Source: Octopus sinensis (lineage: Eukaryota). From it: 64,000 bases of DNA. The notes beneath the pieces were generated by a model that saw only the letters and a program-made list of their open reading frames with translations, was not told where the DNA came from and searched no databases. The position numbers and the translations under genes are program-made. The number at the start of each line of letters is the position of its first letter. Position 1 is the stretch's first letter. The DNA lies in assembly GCF_006345805.1 (NCBI RefSeq), contig NC_043012.1, positions 29,016,001 through 29,080,000 on the forward strand, read 5' to 3'. Below, piece after piece: positions 12,890 to 26,529 of the stretch.

Positions 12890-13585
12890 ATGCATATGCA
12901 TATGTGTATGTATTTATAAAGAGAAGGAAGAAAGATAAGGAAGAGAGGTAAAAAAGAAAAGGGAAAAAGAAAAAAAGCAGAAAGAAGAAATAACGTAACT
13001 CTTTAATTTACCATTATTCCCCCTTGTCTCTCTATATTTTGCAACACTTGCTGAAGACTACGCTAGCATATGTCATTCAGAATAGCATCATTTAGATTCT
13101 GACGTGTCTTTTTCTTTTCATTTATTTCTCTTTTTTCTTCTGATATTGTTGGAGCACATTAACTCTGAGCACATATCCACTCAGTGATGAATATCACAGC
13201 ATATTACTCTAATTCTATTTTAATTTAACTCCATCGGAGTCGACCATACATATTTGGTTGTTCGATCAACTGTTCGTTGAATTAGCGAGTGACTGAACAC
13301 TAAGCCAGCATGAGAGATAGCATGCCAAGCTGGGACATTAAATTGAAAGTGGAATCTAGAAGTTCTACAGTGTTTTTAGATTTACAATTTCTTCACAAGA
13401 CTCAGATGAATCCGAGAGTATGGTAAAATACAAGGCAGTGGAATAGAAGTCGAGAACTCAGGATAGCAAAGCGAACTTCGTAACCATTCGGCCATACTAC
13501 GACCGTTTACTGCGTTATAACATCGACTCATATTTCTTCTTCTACACAATACTTGACGTATTATTATTGTTAGCACGCAGTATCA

Positions 13586-14010
13586 TTAGCACGCCGGGGA
13601 AATGCTTAGCAGCGTTTCGTCCGTCTTTACATTCAGAGTTCAAATTCCACCGAGGTCGACTTTGCTTTTTATCCTTTCGGAATCGATAGATTAAGTACCA
13701 TTGAAATACTGGGGTTGACACAATCGAATAGCCCCCTCCCCTCAAATTTCAGGCCTTGTGTCAACAGTAGAAAGGGTTATCATCGGTGCTACTGAAGGCG
13801 GTGAGCTGGCAGAATCGTTAACACGCCGGAAAAAAATGCTTAGCGGCGTTTCGTTCGTCTTTACATTCTGAGTTCAAATTCTACCGAGATCGATTTTGCT
13901 GTTCATCCTTTTGAGGTCGATGAAAATAAGTACTGGGGTCTATCTAGCGCTATCATCTAGCGCTCTTCCACAAAATTTCAAGCCTTGTGCCTTAAGTAGA
14001 CAGGCTTATT
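13586..14010 (+). mobile_element. Two tandem copies of the AAGGCGGCGAGCTGGCAGAA tRNA-derived SINE (13586-13780 5'-truncated; 13795-14010)
   Basis: B-box-like GAGTTCAAAT, body CGAGGTCGACTTTGC..CATCCTTTCGGGGTCGATA..AAGTAC..ACTGGGGTCGA shared with other copies. Confidence 0.85.
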
Positions 14011-14250
14011 ACTGTTATTAATGTATATATTTACTATGCAGTGTTTGAGAAACCACATAATAAAGAATTAGTTTCATCTATAAAAGAAAACGTAAGCTAA
14101 AGATTATCATTGGCAACAAATGGTGGGTGAGAATGGCCTTGACCCTAGTATTATTACTTTCTGGAAAATGTAAACATGTCGATATCGTTAGACAACTTAC
14201 TAGGTATCATTTCACTTTTTCATTAACATCACCATCATCCCCATTATCAG

Positions 14251-14357
14251 CTTCTTCTTCTTCTTCTTCTTCTTCTTCTTCTTCTTCTTCTTCTTCTTCT
14301 TCTTCTTCTTCTTCTTCTTCTTCTTCTTCTTCTTCTTCTTCTTCTTCTTCTTCTTCT
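14251..14357. repeat. (CTT)n microsatellite
   Basis: Direct reading. Confidence 0.95.
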
Positions 14358-14491
14358 TTGCCTTTCATCCTTTCGGGATCGATAAATTAAGTGCCAGCAA
14401 AATACTGGGGCCGATGTCATCACTAATCTCCCCCCACCACCACCAAATTTCAGGCCTTGGACCTTTCGTAGAAAAGATTGTTATTATTATC

Positions 14492-15032
14492 GAGTGAGAG
14501 AGCAGTGCATGTCATTAAAGTGAGACTGGGGTAAAATATATAAAGCCCAATAGACCCATCATGGTTACCCATCTGATAAGGGTACACCAGGCACATGCAT
14601 CACAACCATATGCGCGCGACATAGTGATTTCATACCAAGATAAAGAGCGCATGACCTTGCAGGTGAGGCCCAGTCAGAATTTTCAGTAGGTTGAGTAGAT
14701 CATCCCGCTCAAAAGGTCCCTGAAAAAGAGTTGTTTAAGAATGTTGAACGAAACACCAATGTTTTCAGAGGTGAATTATTAAAACCCTAAAGATTCCTCT
14801 CAACACATGACAATGATGTTCCCCCATTACCTTTTCTCGTGATCAGAGATGCCCATATCGTCAGCCACTAAGGGATGTGCTCAACCGGTTAAGGTCAAAT
14901 AACTGACAAGCAAATCTGTGGTATTGAGCAGAATATTTGCTGTAGTCCATCTTTTATACTAACATGTACATAACACTTCCCATCAGTTATGATGGGAAGT
15001 CATGACAGCCACTGCCTGGTACTGAATCAGGG
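14492..15032 (-). mobile_element. Interspersed repeat segment downstream of the R4/Dong element; likely the host repeat it interrupts
   Basis: Non-coding, GC-balanced, ends in CTCTCTCACTCG plus AAT/AAC units; resembles a recalled abundant Octopus repeat, not verified. Confidence 0.45.
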
Positions 15033-15034
15033 TA

Positions 15035-15043
15035 TAATTATTA

Positions 15044-15084
<41 letters not shown>

Positions 15085-15133
15085 ATTATTATTATTATTG
15101 TTGTTGTTGTTGTTGTTGCTGTTGTTGTTGTTA

Positions 15134-15207
<74 letters not shown>
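15035..15207. repeat. (TAA)n/(AAC)n compound microsatellite at the 3' end of the R4/Dong element
   Basis: Direct reading. Confidence 0.95.
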
Positions 15208-15210
<3 letters not shown>

Positions 15211-15304
15211 TAGTTTTATTTTTATAGCGTGCTCTCACATCACTACCGAGCGCAGCTCTGTGTGCCTTGGGTATGTGCTGTGATTTGTTGTGATGCTCTG
15301 ATGG

Positions 15305-15658
15305 TTATTGTATGGAAAGCGTTCTGCGTAGGATGTGTGCAGTGCCTAGTAGTGCAATTTCCTGTATGTTATATGTGTTTGTAAGTCCTGGTGTTTTTGT
15401 TATGTATTTGTCTGAATATTTTTTTATCATGCCTAATGCACCTACTATGATAGGAATTGTTTCTGTTTTTAGATTCCACATTCTGGTTACCTCTATTTCC
15501 AGGTCTTTGTATTTTGAAAGTTTCTCCATTTCTTTTAGAGACACGTTGTCATCTACCGGTATTGATACATCAATTAGAAAGCAGTTTTTTTCTTCATGAT
15601 CTCTGACAACTATATCTGGTCTGTTGGCCTTAATTTCTCTATCTGTGTGTATCGGCAT
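15305..15658 (-). pseudogene. Restriction-like endonuclease segment of the R4/Dong-like ORF
   Basis: RPDIVV...LIDVSIP...KEMEKLSKYKDL (PD..D..K..KY pattern). Confidence 0.9.
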
Positions 15659-16147
15659 ATCCCAGAGTATAGTTGCTTTCTCGTTTTCTGTGATCTTTTC
15701 TGGTGTGTGCCTATACTATTTTTTTCTGTTGTTATTCCATAATGTTGGCATAGCTTCTAGTGTATGTAGGTTCCAACTCTGTCATGTCTGTGAATATATC
15801 CCTTCTTAGCCAGGACTGGGCAGCCAGAGATAATATGATTTATTGTTTCTTGTCCATCTCCACATATTCTGCAGTTACTTGTTATATTTCTTTTCATTAC
15901 ATGTTTTTGGTAATTTCTGGTGGGGAGGCTTTGGTCTTGTGCTGCAATTAAAAATCCCTCTGTCTCTGCTTTGAGTCATGAGCTTCTCAACCATTGCTGG
16001 GATTTTTCTTTGTCTATTTCTTTTGCATTTAGTTTAGTCCAGTATTTACCATGAAGGGGCTTTTCTTGCCATCGTTTTATCATGGTTCTTTGCTGTTCTA
16101 TTTTTAGTTTGGATTTCATTTGTTTTATAGCTTTTGTTGTTTTTTCA

Positions 16148-16178
<31 letters not shown>

Positions 16179-16807
16179 CTTCTTCTTCTTCTTCTTCTTC
16201 TTCTTCTTCTTCTTCTTCTTCTTCTTCTTCTTCTTCTTCTTCTTCTTCTTCTTCTTCATATTTATTAGGTGGTATGATTTCTTGTTTGTATTTGTCTGCT
16301 TCCTTAAATACTGAGAACAGTTTTTTGTTTTGCTCGTGTTTTGCCGCTATTTGTATCAGTTTTCCTTCCTTCTGAAGTAGATATTTTTGCAGTCCTATGG
16401 TGGTTATTTTATAGTAGTTTTCCAGTTGTATAAGGCTTCTACCACCTTCTATACGTTGTATATATAGTCTTTCTATGTCAGATTTTGGGTGATGCATCCT
16501 AGATCCTGTCATTATTTTTCTTGTTTTCCTATCTATTTTGGTCAGTTCATATAGTGTCCAGTTAAGGATATTGTAGCTGTAACTTATAACTGGGACAGCT
16601 AAAGTATTGATACCTATTATCTTGTTTTTAGCATTGAGCTCTGTTTTCAGTATTGATCTAACTCGTCTATAATATTCTTTTTTTATTTTCTCTTTCATTT
16701 GTGTGTGTTGTGTGTTATCTAGTTCATGGATTCCTAAGTATTTGTAAGTTTGGCTTTGGTCTAATTCTTTTATTTCATTGGTTTTATCTAGTGTGATGTT
16801 GCTACTC

Positions 16808-18076
16808 TTAACTAGTTACTTTGGCGCATTTTTCTAATCCAAATTTCATATCTATTTCTTTGGTAAATCCATGAACTGTCTTTAATAGTGTTTCCAGCTG
16901 TTTGTCATTTGCAGCGTATAGTTTTAGGTCATCCGTATATAAATGGTGGCTGATCGTTTTGCCGTAACATTTATATCCGCATCCAGTTCTATTTAGCATA
17001 TCCGATAGAGGTGACAGTGCCAAGCAGAAAAGGAGTGGAGAGAGTGTGTCTCCCTGGAATATTCCTCTTCTAATGGGGATGGCTTTGGTTTTCATGAGTC
17101 CCTCTTTTGTTTGGAGCTGTAGCACTGTTTGCCATTTATTCATAGAGTATCCTATGAATTTTATAATTGTTGGTGCTACTTTGTTAATGGCTAGTGTTTC
17201 GAGGATCCATGTGTGAGGGATGCTATCAAACGCCTTTTTGTAGTCGATCCAGGCTATACTGAAGCCTTTCTTCTTTCTGTGGCTGTCTTCAGTTATGGCT
17301 TTATTAATCATGAGTTGATCTTTACAGCCATATGAGCCTTTGCGGCATCCTTTCTGCTCTTCTGGAAACAGGTTGTTTTCGTCCTGGTGCTTGTTCAACC
17401 TTTGCGATATCACTGCAGTAAATGCATTGTACATTGTAGGGAGACAGGTTATTGGTCTGTAGTTTTCTGGTTTTGCTGTCTCATTTGCTTTGGGAATTAA
17501 GATGGTTTTCCCCTTCGTGAGCCATTCAGGCATTGTCTCTGGCTCTGCTAGTATGTTGTTAAAGTTTTTAGCCAGCTTTTTGTGCATTCCTGTTAGATAT
17601 TTCAACCAGAAGTTGGGGATCTTGTCATGCCCAGGTGCCTTCCAGTTGCTTAGTCTTTGCAGTGCCTGGGTGACCTCTTCAGTTGTTATGGGGGTCCAAA
17701 GTTGCTCAGATGCTGAGTTTGTAGTTTTAATACTCCTTTTTTTTGGTTGTTCGTTCGCCGACCATATTTCTCTCCAGAATTCTTCCACTTCTTCTGCCGT
17801 TGGTGCTGCAGTGATTTCTATTTTATTTTTGCCAAGTTCTTGGTAGAACTTTTTGGGGTTGGAGTTGAACTTTTTGTTATGTTCAAAGAAGCGCTGGCGT
17901 TTCTCGTACCGGCGGATCCTTTGTGCTTTGGCAAGGATATCTTGCTTTAGCTTTTCTTTTATCTCAGGTAAATCTTTTTCTGTGATGTATTTGCGGAGTA
18001 TTTTTGTTTTCTTTTTGTTGCTCAGTAGCGTTGATTGTGTACTGATTTCATTAAGAATCGACAGAGCTTTTCTCAT
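16808..18076 (-). pseudogene. RT-domain segment of the R4/Dong-like ORF (422 aa)
   Basis: Contains the non-LTR RT motifs; catalytic motif reads YTDD; frameshift at the 3' end. Confidence 0.9.
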
Positions 18077-20291
18077 TTTGTTGTATTTTATTTTGGATGT
18101 TATTTATCCACAGGGTTTGTTTCGGTGGTGGTACTCCTGTTTGGATGGGCTTGAGTGAGTATCCAGCTTCTTTTGTGGCTGCAGTGGCTGCTGCGTATAC
18201 TAAGTCATTTAGCTCAGTGATATCGCTTTTTGTTTCAGTGGTTATTAGTTCCGTGACGGCTAGGTTTATGCTGTTTATAATTGGTGTTGCTGTTTCGTCT
18301 ATTTTGATTTTTGGGAGGTATGAGCTCTGTGGTTTTCAGTTCTTTGATTATTCTACTTTTTATATTATCATAATCATTAGGCTCCCCTTCGTTGTTTCCA
18401 GGTTTTAGATTTGTGTCGCTTTCTTTCTCATTTGTATGTTTGTTTGTCGTGTTTTGGCTTGCTGTTTGTCGTGTATTATTATGCATCCTTACGATCTGGA
18501 TTTGTTGTTTTTTGTTTACATCGTGTTTGTTGGGAATGTTACGATTTTCTTCGTGTTTTACTGTTTCAGTGTTTATATTATTGGGCATTGTTGTGTAGCT
18601 TCTATCTACATATTCCTGATGTATTTTTCTTTTAGATGTTCTATTTCTATTTCTGATATTTTTTTTGCGTTGAGAATGTATCTTCGTACGTTAGCTAGTT
18701 TATTATGGTTCATTGCTGTATCCAAGTCTATATTTATGTTATTTTCCTTCCATATTTTATATGTATGTGTTTTTGTGTTTTCATTTTTGGGGTAAAGCAC
18801 TGCTGTGAAGTACGCGTGTAGGATAGAAATGTATTCCTCACGTGTCCATTTATGTCTTTTGGGTTTTATTTGCGGGAGATGAGGAACAACGTCCGGCTCA
18901 TTATTTTGACGGTCGTCATTTTCGTAGGGTACCGGTCCGTTCATTTCTGTTGTCACATTGTTTTGCACGTGTAGTTTTTCGTACATTTTGTGTTGTAAGT
19001 TTAAAGTACGTACTTCCCGATTGTTATTCTTGGGTTGAATAATAACGGTGTTATTTAATTTCTTCGTAGATTTTTTGTACATGGTGTTTGGGGTCGGGGA
19101 TGATCTGGTGTTGATGGATCTTAATGTTTCACGCATGTTTACATGTGTTGTGTTAGAGGTGGAGATGATATCGAGTTAAAATACATCATTTCGTTCCGAA
19201 AATAGTAATAAATTTCAATGAGTATTACTTACTCGGATATAGTCCAATCCTTTGTTAGTAAATTTTTGGCTCCATACGATGTCTTTGTCTTCGATGTTTG
19301 TGGATAGATTTCGGAGCACTGTTTTATCGTTCTCACATCTTAAACGTCCCCGGTGTTCTCCTCTTAAACGTCCCCGGTGTTCTCTTTTATTATTATTATT
19401 ATTATTATTATAATTATTTGAAGCATAAATTTTCCCACAGTTTGTCCTTTGACAGTCCTGGGTCAAACGGAGATCATGACGAGTGCGTACAACATCCGAG
19501 ATGTTGTAGGCACTCACACCCCTCTACTACTCGGGCAAATGCAGTAAATAAAAGTTCATTTTAGCCCCTTCTACAGAGAGGATTACTGGTGAGACCATCG
19601 ACAAGATTGGCGGGAAAATTTGGGGTCTGGAAAAATTGGTATGGAAAAGTGTTAGTAGGTTTATTCCGGAGAACTTTCAATCAAGAGCACTAGAAAACTT
19701 CCCGATATATGCAGCCTAGCAGGGATAACGAGGGACATTGTCAGCTTGGAACAACGGAAATAGTGTCAGACTGGCTTATCAGTCATGAATATGTAGCAAA
19801 AGCAACCATTCCATACGAATTTCTCTAGTGTCCGAATATTGTGGATTTGTGAAATTTCAGCTGACTCTTTAATGAATATCACGGCGTTGTCTTAGCTGGG
19901 AATTGTAGGCAGTTTTCTTCTTTCTGTGATCATGGCAAAATAGGTTATATCATGGATACAGATGAAAAGATCGATGACGGATATTTTCCTCTTTGGTCAA
20001 GCCCTCGTCCTAGTTTTCTTTTCACTTGAAAAGGGAGATAAGGTAGGACAGCCCTCACCCAATTAAATTTGTTGAAAGGTGAGTGAGAATAATGTAAGTA
20101 GTAAAGAGTGAACATGTCTACTCTTAGCACGCACATGTAGGCTGGAAATATAAAATTTCGATTGAACACTTACTTTTGATGACTTTGGCGATCAGGGTGG
20201 GGCAGAACTTGTCAGTGCCTACATTTCTCCAGTAAACAAAATATCGTCTGTCATCCTTTCGGGGTTGATAAAATATTTACCTGGTAAATAA

Positions 20292-20706
20292 TGGTTTCAA
20301 ATTTTGGCACAAAGCCAGCATGTTCGGCTGGGGGGTAGTGAGTCGATTACATAGACCTCAGTGCTCAACAGGAAGTTATTCTATCAACCCCCGAAAGGAT
20401 GAAAGGCAAAGTCGACTTCGAAAAAATTTGAACTCAGAACACGAAGACAGAAGAAGTGCCACTAAGCATTTTCCGCAGTGTGCTAACGATTCTTTTCTAC
20501 TCTAGGCACTAGGCCCGAAATTTTTGGGGAGGGGGGCCGGTCGATTATATCGACCCCAGTACGCAACTGGTACTTAATTTATCGACTCCGAAAGGATGAA
20601 CGGCAAAGTGGACCTCGGCGGAAATTGAAATTGGAACGTAAAGACAGACGAAATACCGCTATGCATTTCGCCTGGCGTGCTAAAGATTCTGCCAGCTCGC
20701 CGCCTT
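20292..20706 (-). mobile_element. Two tandem minus-strand copies of the AAGGCGGCGAGCTGGCAGAA SINE (20292-20492; 20501-20706)
   Basis: Reverse complements match head and body of plus-strand copies. Confidence 0.85.
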
Positions 20707-20869
20707 CAAGACACCAGTTAAATAATGAGGTCGATTGTATCGACTGCCCCGCTTGGGCCTAAATTAGAAACCATTGTTGCTGCTGTTGTTATCCTATTAA
20801 TTCGGTGCATCGGTAGAATCATTAAACGGTCGGGCAAAATATCTTGCAGCTTTTAGTAAGTGCTTCTTA

Positions 20870-20929
<60 letters not shown>

Positions 20930-20984
20930 CATCATCATCATCATCATCTCATCATCATCATCATCATCATCATTATTATTATTA

Positions 20985-21200
20985 AAGCGGCGAGCTGGCA
21001 GAATCGTTTGCACACCGGGCGAATTGATTCGCGGCATTTCGTCTGTCTTTATGTTCTGAGTTCACATTTTGCGAAAATTCACCTTTGCTTTTAATCCTTT
21101 TGGGGTCGATAGAATAAGCACCAGTTGAGCACTAGGGTCAATGTAATCGACATACCCACTTGCTCGAAATCGCTGTTCTTGTGCCAAAATTTGAAACTAA
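20985..21200 (+). mobile_element. tRNA-derived SINE copy after (TAT)n(CAT)n array
   Basis: GCGGCGAGCTGGCAGAATCG...GAGTTCAC...GGGGTCGATAGAATAAGCACC. Confidence 0.85.
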
Positions 21201-23205
21201 TATTATTATTTAATAAATAAAGAATTATTATTATTTATTTATTTGCCAATTTTATAATTCATAATGCTAATCACAATAAAATCGTTATTGTAATTAAAAG
21301 TAATTTCTTTTTTTCAAAAACTAACCTACATTTGAACATTATAATTCATTATTTTAAATATAAACAATATATTTTGTGGTGGTTTCATATATTTGCATGT
21401 CTATTTTTCTGTCTGTCTATCCAGTTATATTTATGTAAATGTATGCATGTGTGTTCGTATGAATGAATATTTGTACGTTACGCGTACATATGTAAGCGCG
21501 CACATGTATAGCTGCTCTTATGCACATACTCAGATTCTTGACAACTGGGAAAAATAAAAAGCTAACCTACTACTAAAAATAAAAAGAAAAATGGTTCAGG
21601 CAAGTGTAGAAATATAATCCTATGAATATTGCTTATCAGTTCCAAACATTCTACTGTACAGGCGAAAAGAAAAGGGTTAAAATTTCTCTCCAATCGCTTC
21701 TCTTCCTAGTTCACACACAAACACACATACTTGTGGAACGCTACCTTTAACTTTCCTTCAATAAATAATAAATATGGCAATCTTTGCCTTTGGCAAGCCA
21801 GAGACAGATTTACGACTGTTGCCACAACAGCTCTTGTGCTTGTCTCTAATTTATGTAGCAGAGACTTTAACCGTTATTGTAGACTGTGTTTTAGCATTTT
21901 TACATCACCGCTTGTACCGAGACTATTTTTTTATACAAGCTTTATTGTTAACATACACTTGTGAATTTTTTTTTCCCAGAAACAAATGGGTTGCATTAAA
22001 TCCTAAACAAATTGTTATTGCAATTGTTGTTGTCTTTGCTGCATACTTTATCTATTTATTTATTTATAGATATTTTTTCTTTCAATTGGGTCATTGTATG
22101 TGTTGGTTCTGTGGTGAATTATAAGGCTTCGGAGTGAATGTACGTACATGCATAAGTACATACGCACACATTGATGCAGGTATACAAACACGCACTCACA
22201 CCCTGCTTGTAATCATGAACATAAACATTTCAGTAATGTCGATTTGACCTCTGTATATAAATGTACGAGTGTGCGGGCGGTGCACACAGGGAAGAAATTC
22301 CAGAAGGCGGTCATTCTCGGGAGAAACGAATGGAGGTTGTTGTTATTATTGCTGTTACTATTTATGATGTTATTGTTACTTTTGTAACCTGGAGGCAAAT
22401 CTTTATCGGTTCGAATCAGCTTTACTAAAGTTCTGTTACTAATGGTTTCAAATGTTAACACTTTTCTTCCTTTCTTTGATGTTGCTCAGCTTCCGTTGTT
22501 ATCTTCCAGTACCCCTTTTGTTGAGATTTTCTCCATTTGTTGTCATATTCTCTGGAGGTAGGCTGCCAAGCTATCATATTACATGACCCAATCACTTCAT
22601 TTTATCCCCATTCATAACCGGCTGCAGATTCAGTTAGTTAGAGTGCACCAAACCCGTGTACATGTATGTGCAGAGCTGGGCACTTTTTTTCTTTTCTTAT
22701 GAAGATTAGCAGTTACCCATTCATAGAAAGTTTGCTTCGTGCAACCAATGTTTATTGAAGGGAAAGATTACCGAGCTTGACACCAGTGTGGTCGCTGGCA
22801 TCACTCCCAGAATGCAAAGAGCCGGGCAGATACTGCAAGACATTTTGCTCGACTCTGTAACACTTCCGTAATCCGCCAGAAGGATGAAAGGCAAAGATGA
22901 AGTCAAAAGGATGGAACTTACTGTGTAGTGAATTGGAACATGCTGTGAGACCGTTTTTCAACACAACGTCGTTATCATTCTGCCACGTCGCCTACACGTA
23001 TATGTGTGTGTGTGTGTGTGTATGTGTTTGTGTTTACACACCCATATACAACCATCTGCGCATATCATCATATACGAGTCTTGCACCGACCATAATTCAG
23101 AAGTGGACACAACCTTTTTATTAACTGAGGTAGGTCGTTGAAATTGCACTTGTTGGTAGAATAACTCCTACTCTGTAGTAAGTCTTTTCTTGTTCTTCAT
23201 TGCAG

Positions 23206-23373
23206 GCAATGTTCCAAGCGGAAGTAATGTGCTGTCATAAACTTCTAGATGAAAGAGGATGCGGGCTGTCCGACATCTACAAAAGGCTTTGCGATGTACT
23301 TTTCGGAGTATCTAAGAGCTGGTTTCAACAATTGGGCAAATGCAGCGCTTGTAAAGCTCCATTATGTTGAGAG
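23206..23373 (+). CDS. Candidate exon, unidentified gene
   Basis: Strong acceptor TTCTTGTTCTTCATTGCAG at 23205 (frame AMFQAEVMCCH..KAPLC*); alternatively acceptor at 23248 giving MKEDAGCPTSTKGFAMYFSEYLRAGFNNWANAALVKLHYVE with donor AG|GTACTT; ambiguous. Confidence 0.25.
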
Positions 23374-23505
23374 GTACTTTAGTATAAAGAAAAAGTTGTT
23401 TTACTAACACAGGCAATTTGAGTTACTTATCTCGGTTAATAGAAATTATGTCTACTTTTGCATTACTTTCAGTGAACTGTGGAATATCTAGGAAATTTGT
23501 ACAAA

Positions 23506-23675
23506 CGATCGTTAGCATGCCGGACAAAGTACTTAGAGGCATTTCGTCCGTCTTCATGTTCCGCATTCAAATGCGCCGAGGTCGACTTTGCTTTTCATCC
23601 TTTCGAAGTCAATAAAATAAATACCAGCTGAATACTAGAGTCGACTTGCGACTTCGTGCCAAAATTTGAAATCAT
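23506..23675 (+). mobile_element. 5'-truncated tRNA-derived SINE copy
   Basis: GTTAGCATGCCGGAC..GCCGAGGTCGACTTTGCTTTTCATCC. Confidence 0.75.
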
Positions 23676-24956
23676 TATATAGTTATTTTCACATGTGCGT
23701 GTGGTGTGTGAGTGTGTACGTGTGTACGTATGAAATGTGGTTTTATTGCTGCATATATAAATATGTATCAAATTAATGTGTAAATATTTTTTACATATTT
23801 AAATTGAAGCTTGTAGAGATGATTATCTAATTGCTGTCCTAAAAAAAACTATTACAATACTATTTACATGATTTCAGTGTAGTGTTTGAATTAAAAATTT
23901 AGAACTTTCACCTTATTTCGGAATATATCTTATAATTTCGTCGAAATTTTTTCGATTTAATATTTAATCCTCCATAGACACACTGTTCCAAATTTCCTAT
24001 CACAGATTATAATCTCAATTTAGTGTCCTCTTCAGGGACATAATTAAATATTTGCACTAGAAATGAACTCGTGACCCCGGAGTATACTTCTTCCTGTCAG
24101 ACATTTTACACATAAAATTCTCGAAAACCGTTACTTTAATTATGGAGGAAATTAGTTATTTATGAAGATCTTATCATACCGAATAATAGACATGCATTTA
24201 AGCATAAATCTCAACAACTAATAAAAGAATCGTCCAGAAGGGATCGACAAGCAGCAGAAAATACGAAGGCATCGATTCATATGGCGTAACTATTGAAAGA
24301 AAAGTTTAGGGCAAAGTGGAGGTTACCGTCTGTTAACCGTAAAATAAAAATTGATGCGATCTAAGGAGGCCTTTATGTGATTACTCGATTAGCTAGATAT
24401 GATTTATGCTCAGAAGGTTTTAAAAAGAAAACGATTATATTTAAATTTATATTGGATAATGTAATATCGGATAAAAGATGCATGTACAAAACAAGAACAA
24501 TAAAAGCAAATAAATAAACAAGCTTCATGGCTTTTGAACAGGGATTTGCTTAACCAGGAGTGACCTAGGTCAAGCAGCAGAAAAGAAAAAAATGGAAATA
24601 GAAACAAGCTTAATTCGTTATCCGCATTGATCCCCTACAGACACTTGGGATGATTTAGAATTGACATTCTGATTCAAATCCCGGTGGGGTCAAATTTGGC
24701 CCTCAGCTTTTCTTTTTTTTTTTTTAGTGGACGAGGGGATAAAAATGTGTCAGTCAAGTAGTGCAGCCGATGGTATGCCTAACTCAGAAACCATAATTAA
24801 CTTTATCTTGCTCATTATTTATTTCTTCCTTATGTTCTTTGTAAAATGTGGTGAGATATACATCCTACAGTCGATGTTACTACATGTTTTCATTCTCTTT
24901 TCACATGCACACACACATGCACACACACATACATAAATCATATATATACGTGTGCG

Positions 24957-25014
<58 letters not shown>

Positions 25015-26390
25015 TGTTTGTGCGTGCGATTATATTTGCACACCCACACATATACGCACATATACATTTACAAAGAAAGAAATGCTTCCATACATGACAG
25101 AAATATATTATACTGGTTAGATGCAGTCGTTTGTTTCAGGACAGTATGAAAGAAATTAAGGCAGAAATAACAGCGCAAAAAGCTCCACTAACATAAAAGC
25201 CATTAAAACACGAGGAAAATGTAACACTCACTAATGAAAGGCTCTAAAACCAGATAAAAACCCTATTTGATTCAGAAATCTTAATCAATTTTTGAGCAAC
25301 ATTTTGTTCTGAATTCTAACAGATATGTTATTTTTTTGTCCCGTCTTACACTTCTTTTTGTAAAAATTAGAGCGTTGTCTCTGTAACATTCATTGTATGT
25401 AAAATGACATTTTCAGACACACGTACTTTCCAAAAGAGATTTCTTTGTTATTACAAGTGACGGCCAGAAGTTAGACAAGAATACTTTGATGTTGATAAAG
25501 TGGAAACATTCTGAAAACTACGCTTGCTGATACTTCCCCTTCGTAGACATATCTTATAAACGACTAAAGAGTGACGATTTTCACTCCATCTTCTTTTAAT
25601 CTCATTTCGTTACTTCTTTCTTCTTTTTTTCCCAGCATATCTAATATTAAATTTAGGTAGAGATTCAGGACAGAAGCTTTAGTCTAACTTTATGAATGAA
25701 TATTTATAACTGTAAACAAAGTGATGATTCTGTTTGCTTTTCCAATCTGATCCTCACCACCAAGCTATCAATTTCGCATGTTCCTTACACTGTTTCGCTT
25801 TATATCACATTTTATTACCAGATTCAATGTTGGAAAAATTCAAATTGTTATGATTTATTGTCACCTATAGCAACACATTCACATATGCTAGAAAGTTTCT
25901 GAATTAATTTTCCTAATACTCTCAACCACCAAAATCTTATGTTAACATACATCTCTAAACATACACATGTAATACATTCTTACATACATATTTGCATACA
26001 TATTTTACATGTATCTATAGGAATGTGTGTATGCATGAATGACGTATATCTATATATGGATATACATGTACACACACACACACACACTTACACAAACAGA
26101 CAAACACACTCACACACACGCACGCTTACACCACACATACGTATGCTTGATAGATATAAATATTATGACACTAAAAGGCATGATGCCGCATATGTGTGAG
26201 AGTACATATGAATATACATACATATATATATATATACATATAAATGAATATATATATATATATATATATATAGGATAAGATCGTTAATTAAAATAAAATA
26301 ACGATTTTATCAAGTATTCAGCATGGAAAAAAATAAGCTTCAATGGTAATGATTATTAGAATTATATATTAAGGTATCTCGTAGATACCC

Positions 26391-26437
<47 letters not shown>

Positions 26438-26444
26438 CATACAC

Positions 26445-26529
<85 letters not shown>

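Larger units (their letters stand above)
15208..19386 (-). mobile_element. Near full-length R4/Dong-like non-LTR retrotransposon (RT, CCHC knuckle, restriction-like endonuclease), inactivated
   Basis: N-terminal HKWTREE..LANVRRYIL; RT KAPGHDKIPNFWLK, NYRPITCLPTMY, EQKGCRKGSYGCKDQL, AWIDYKKAFDSIPH, GIFQGDTLSPLLF, LYTDDLKLYA, FGLEKCAK; CRICGDGQETINHIISGC; NRPDIVV..IDVSIP..KLSKYKDL..PIIVGALG; AATAAA then (AAT)n tail. Confidence 0.92.

Noticed and set aside
19440-19560. HDV-like ribozyme at the LINE 5' end
   Set aside because: A 7-bp P1-like helix can be drawn, but L3 is too short and the P1.1 GG and J4/2 elements are missing by hand folding.
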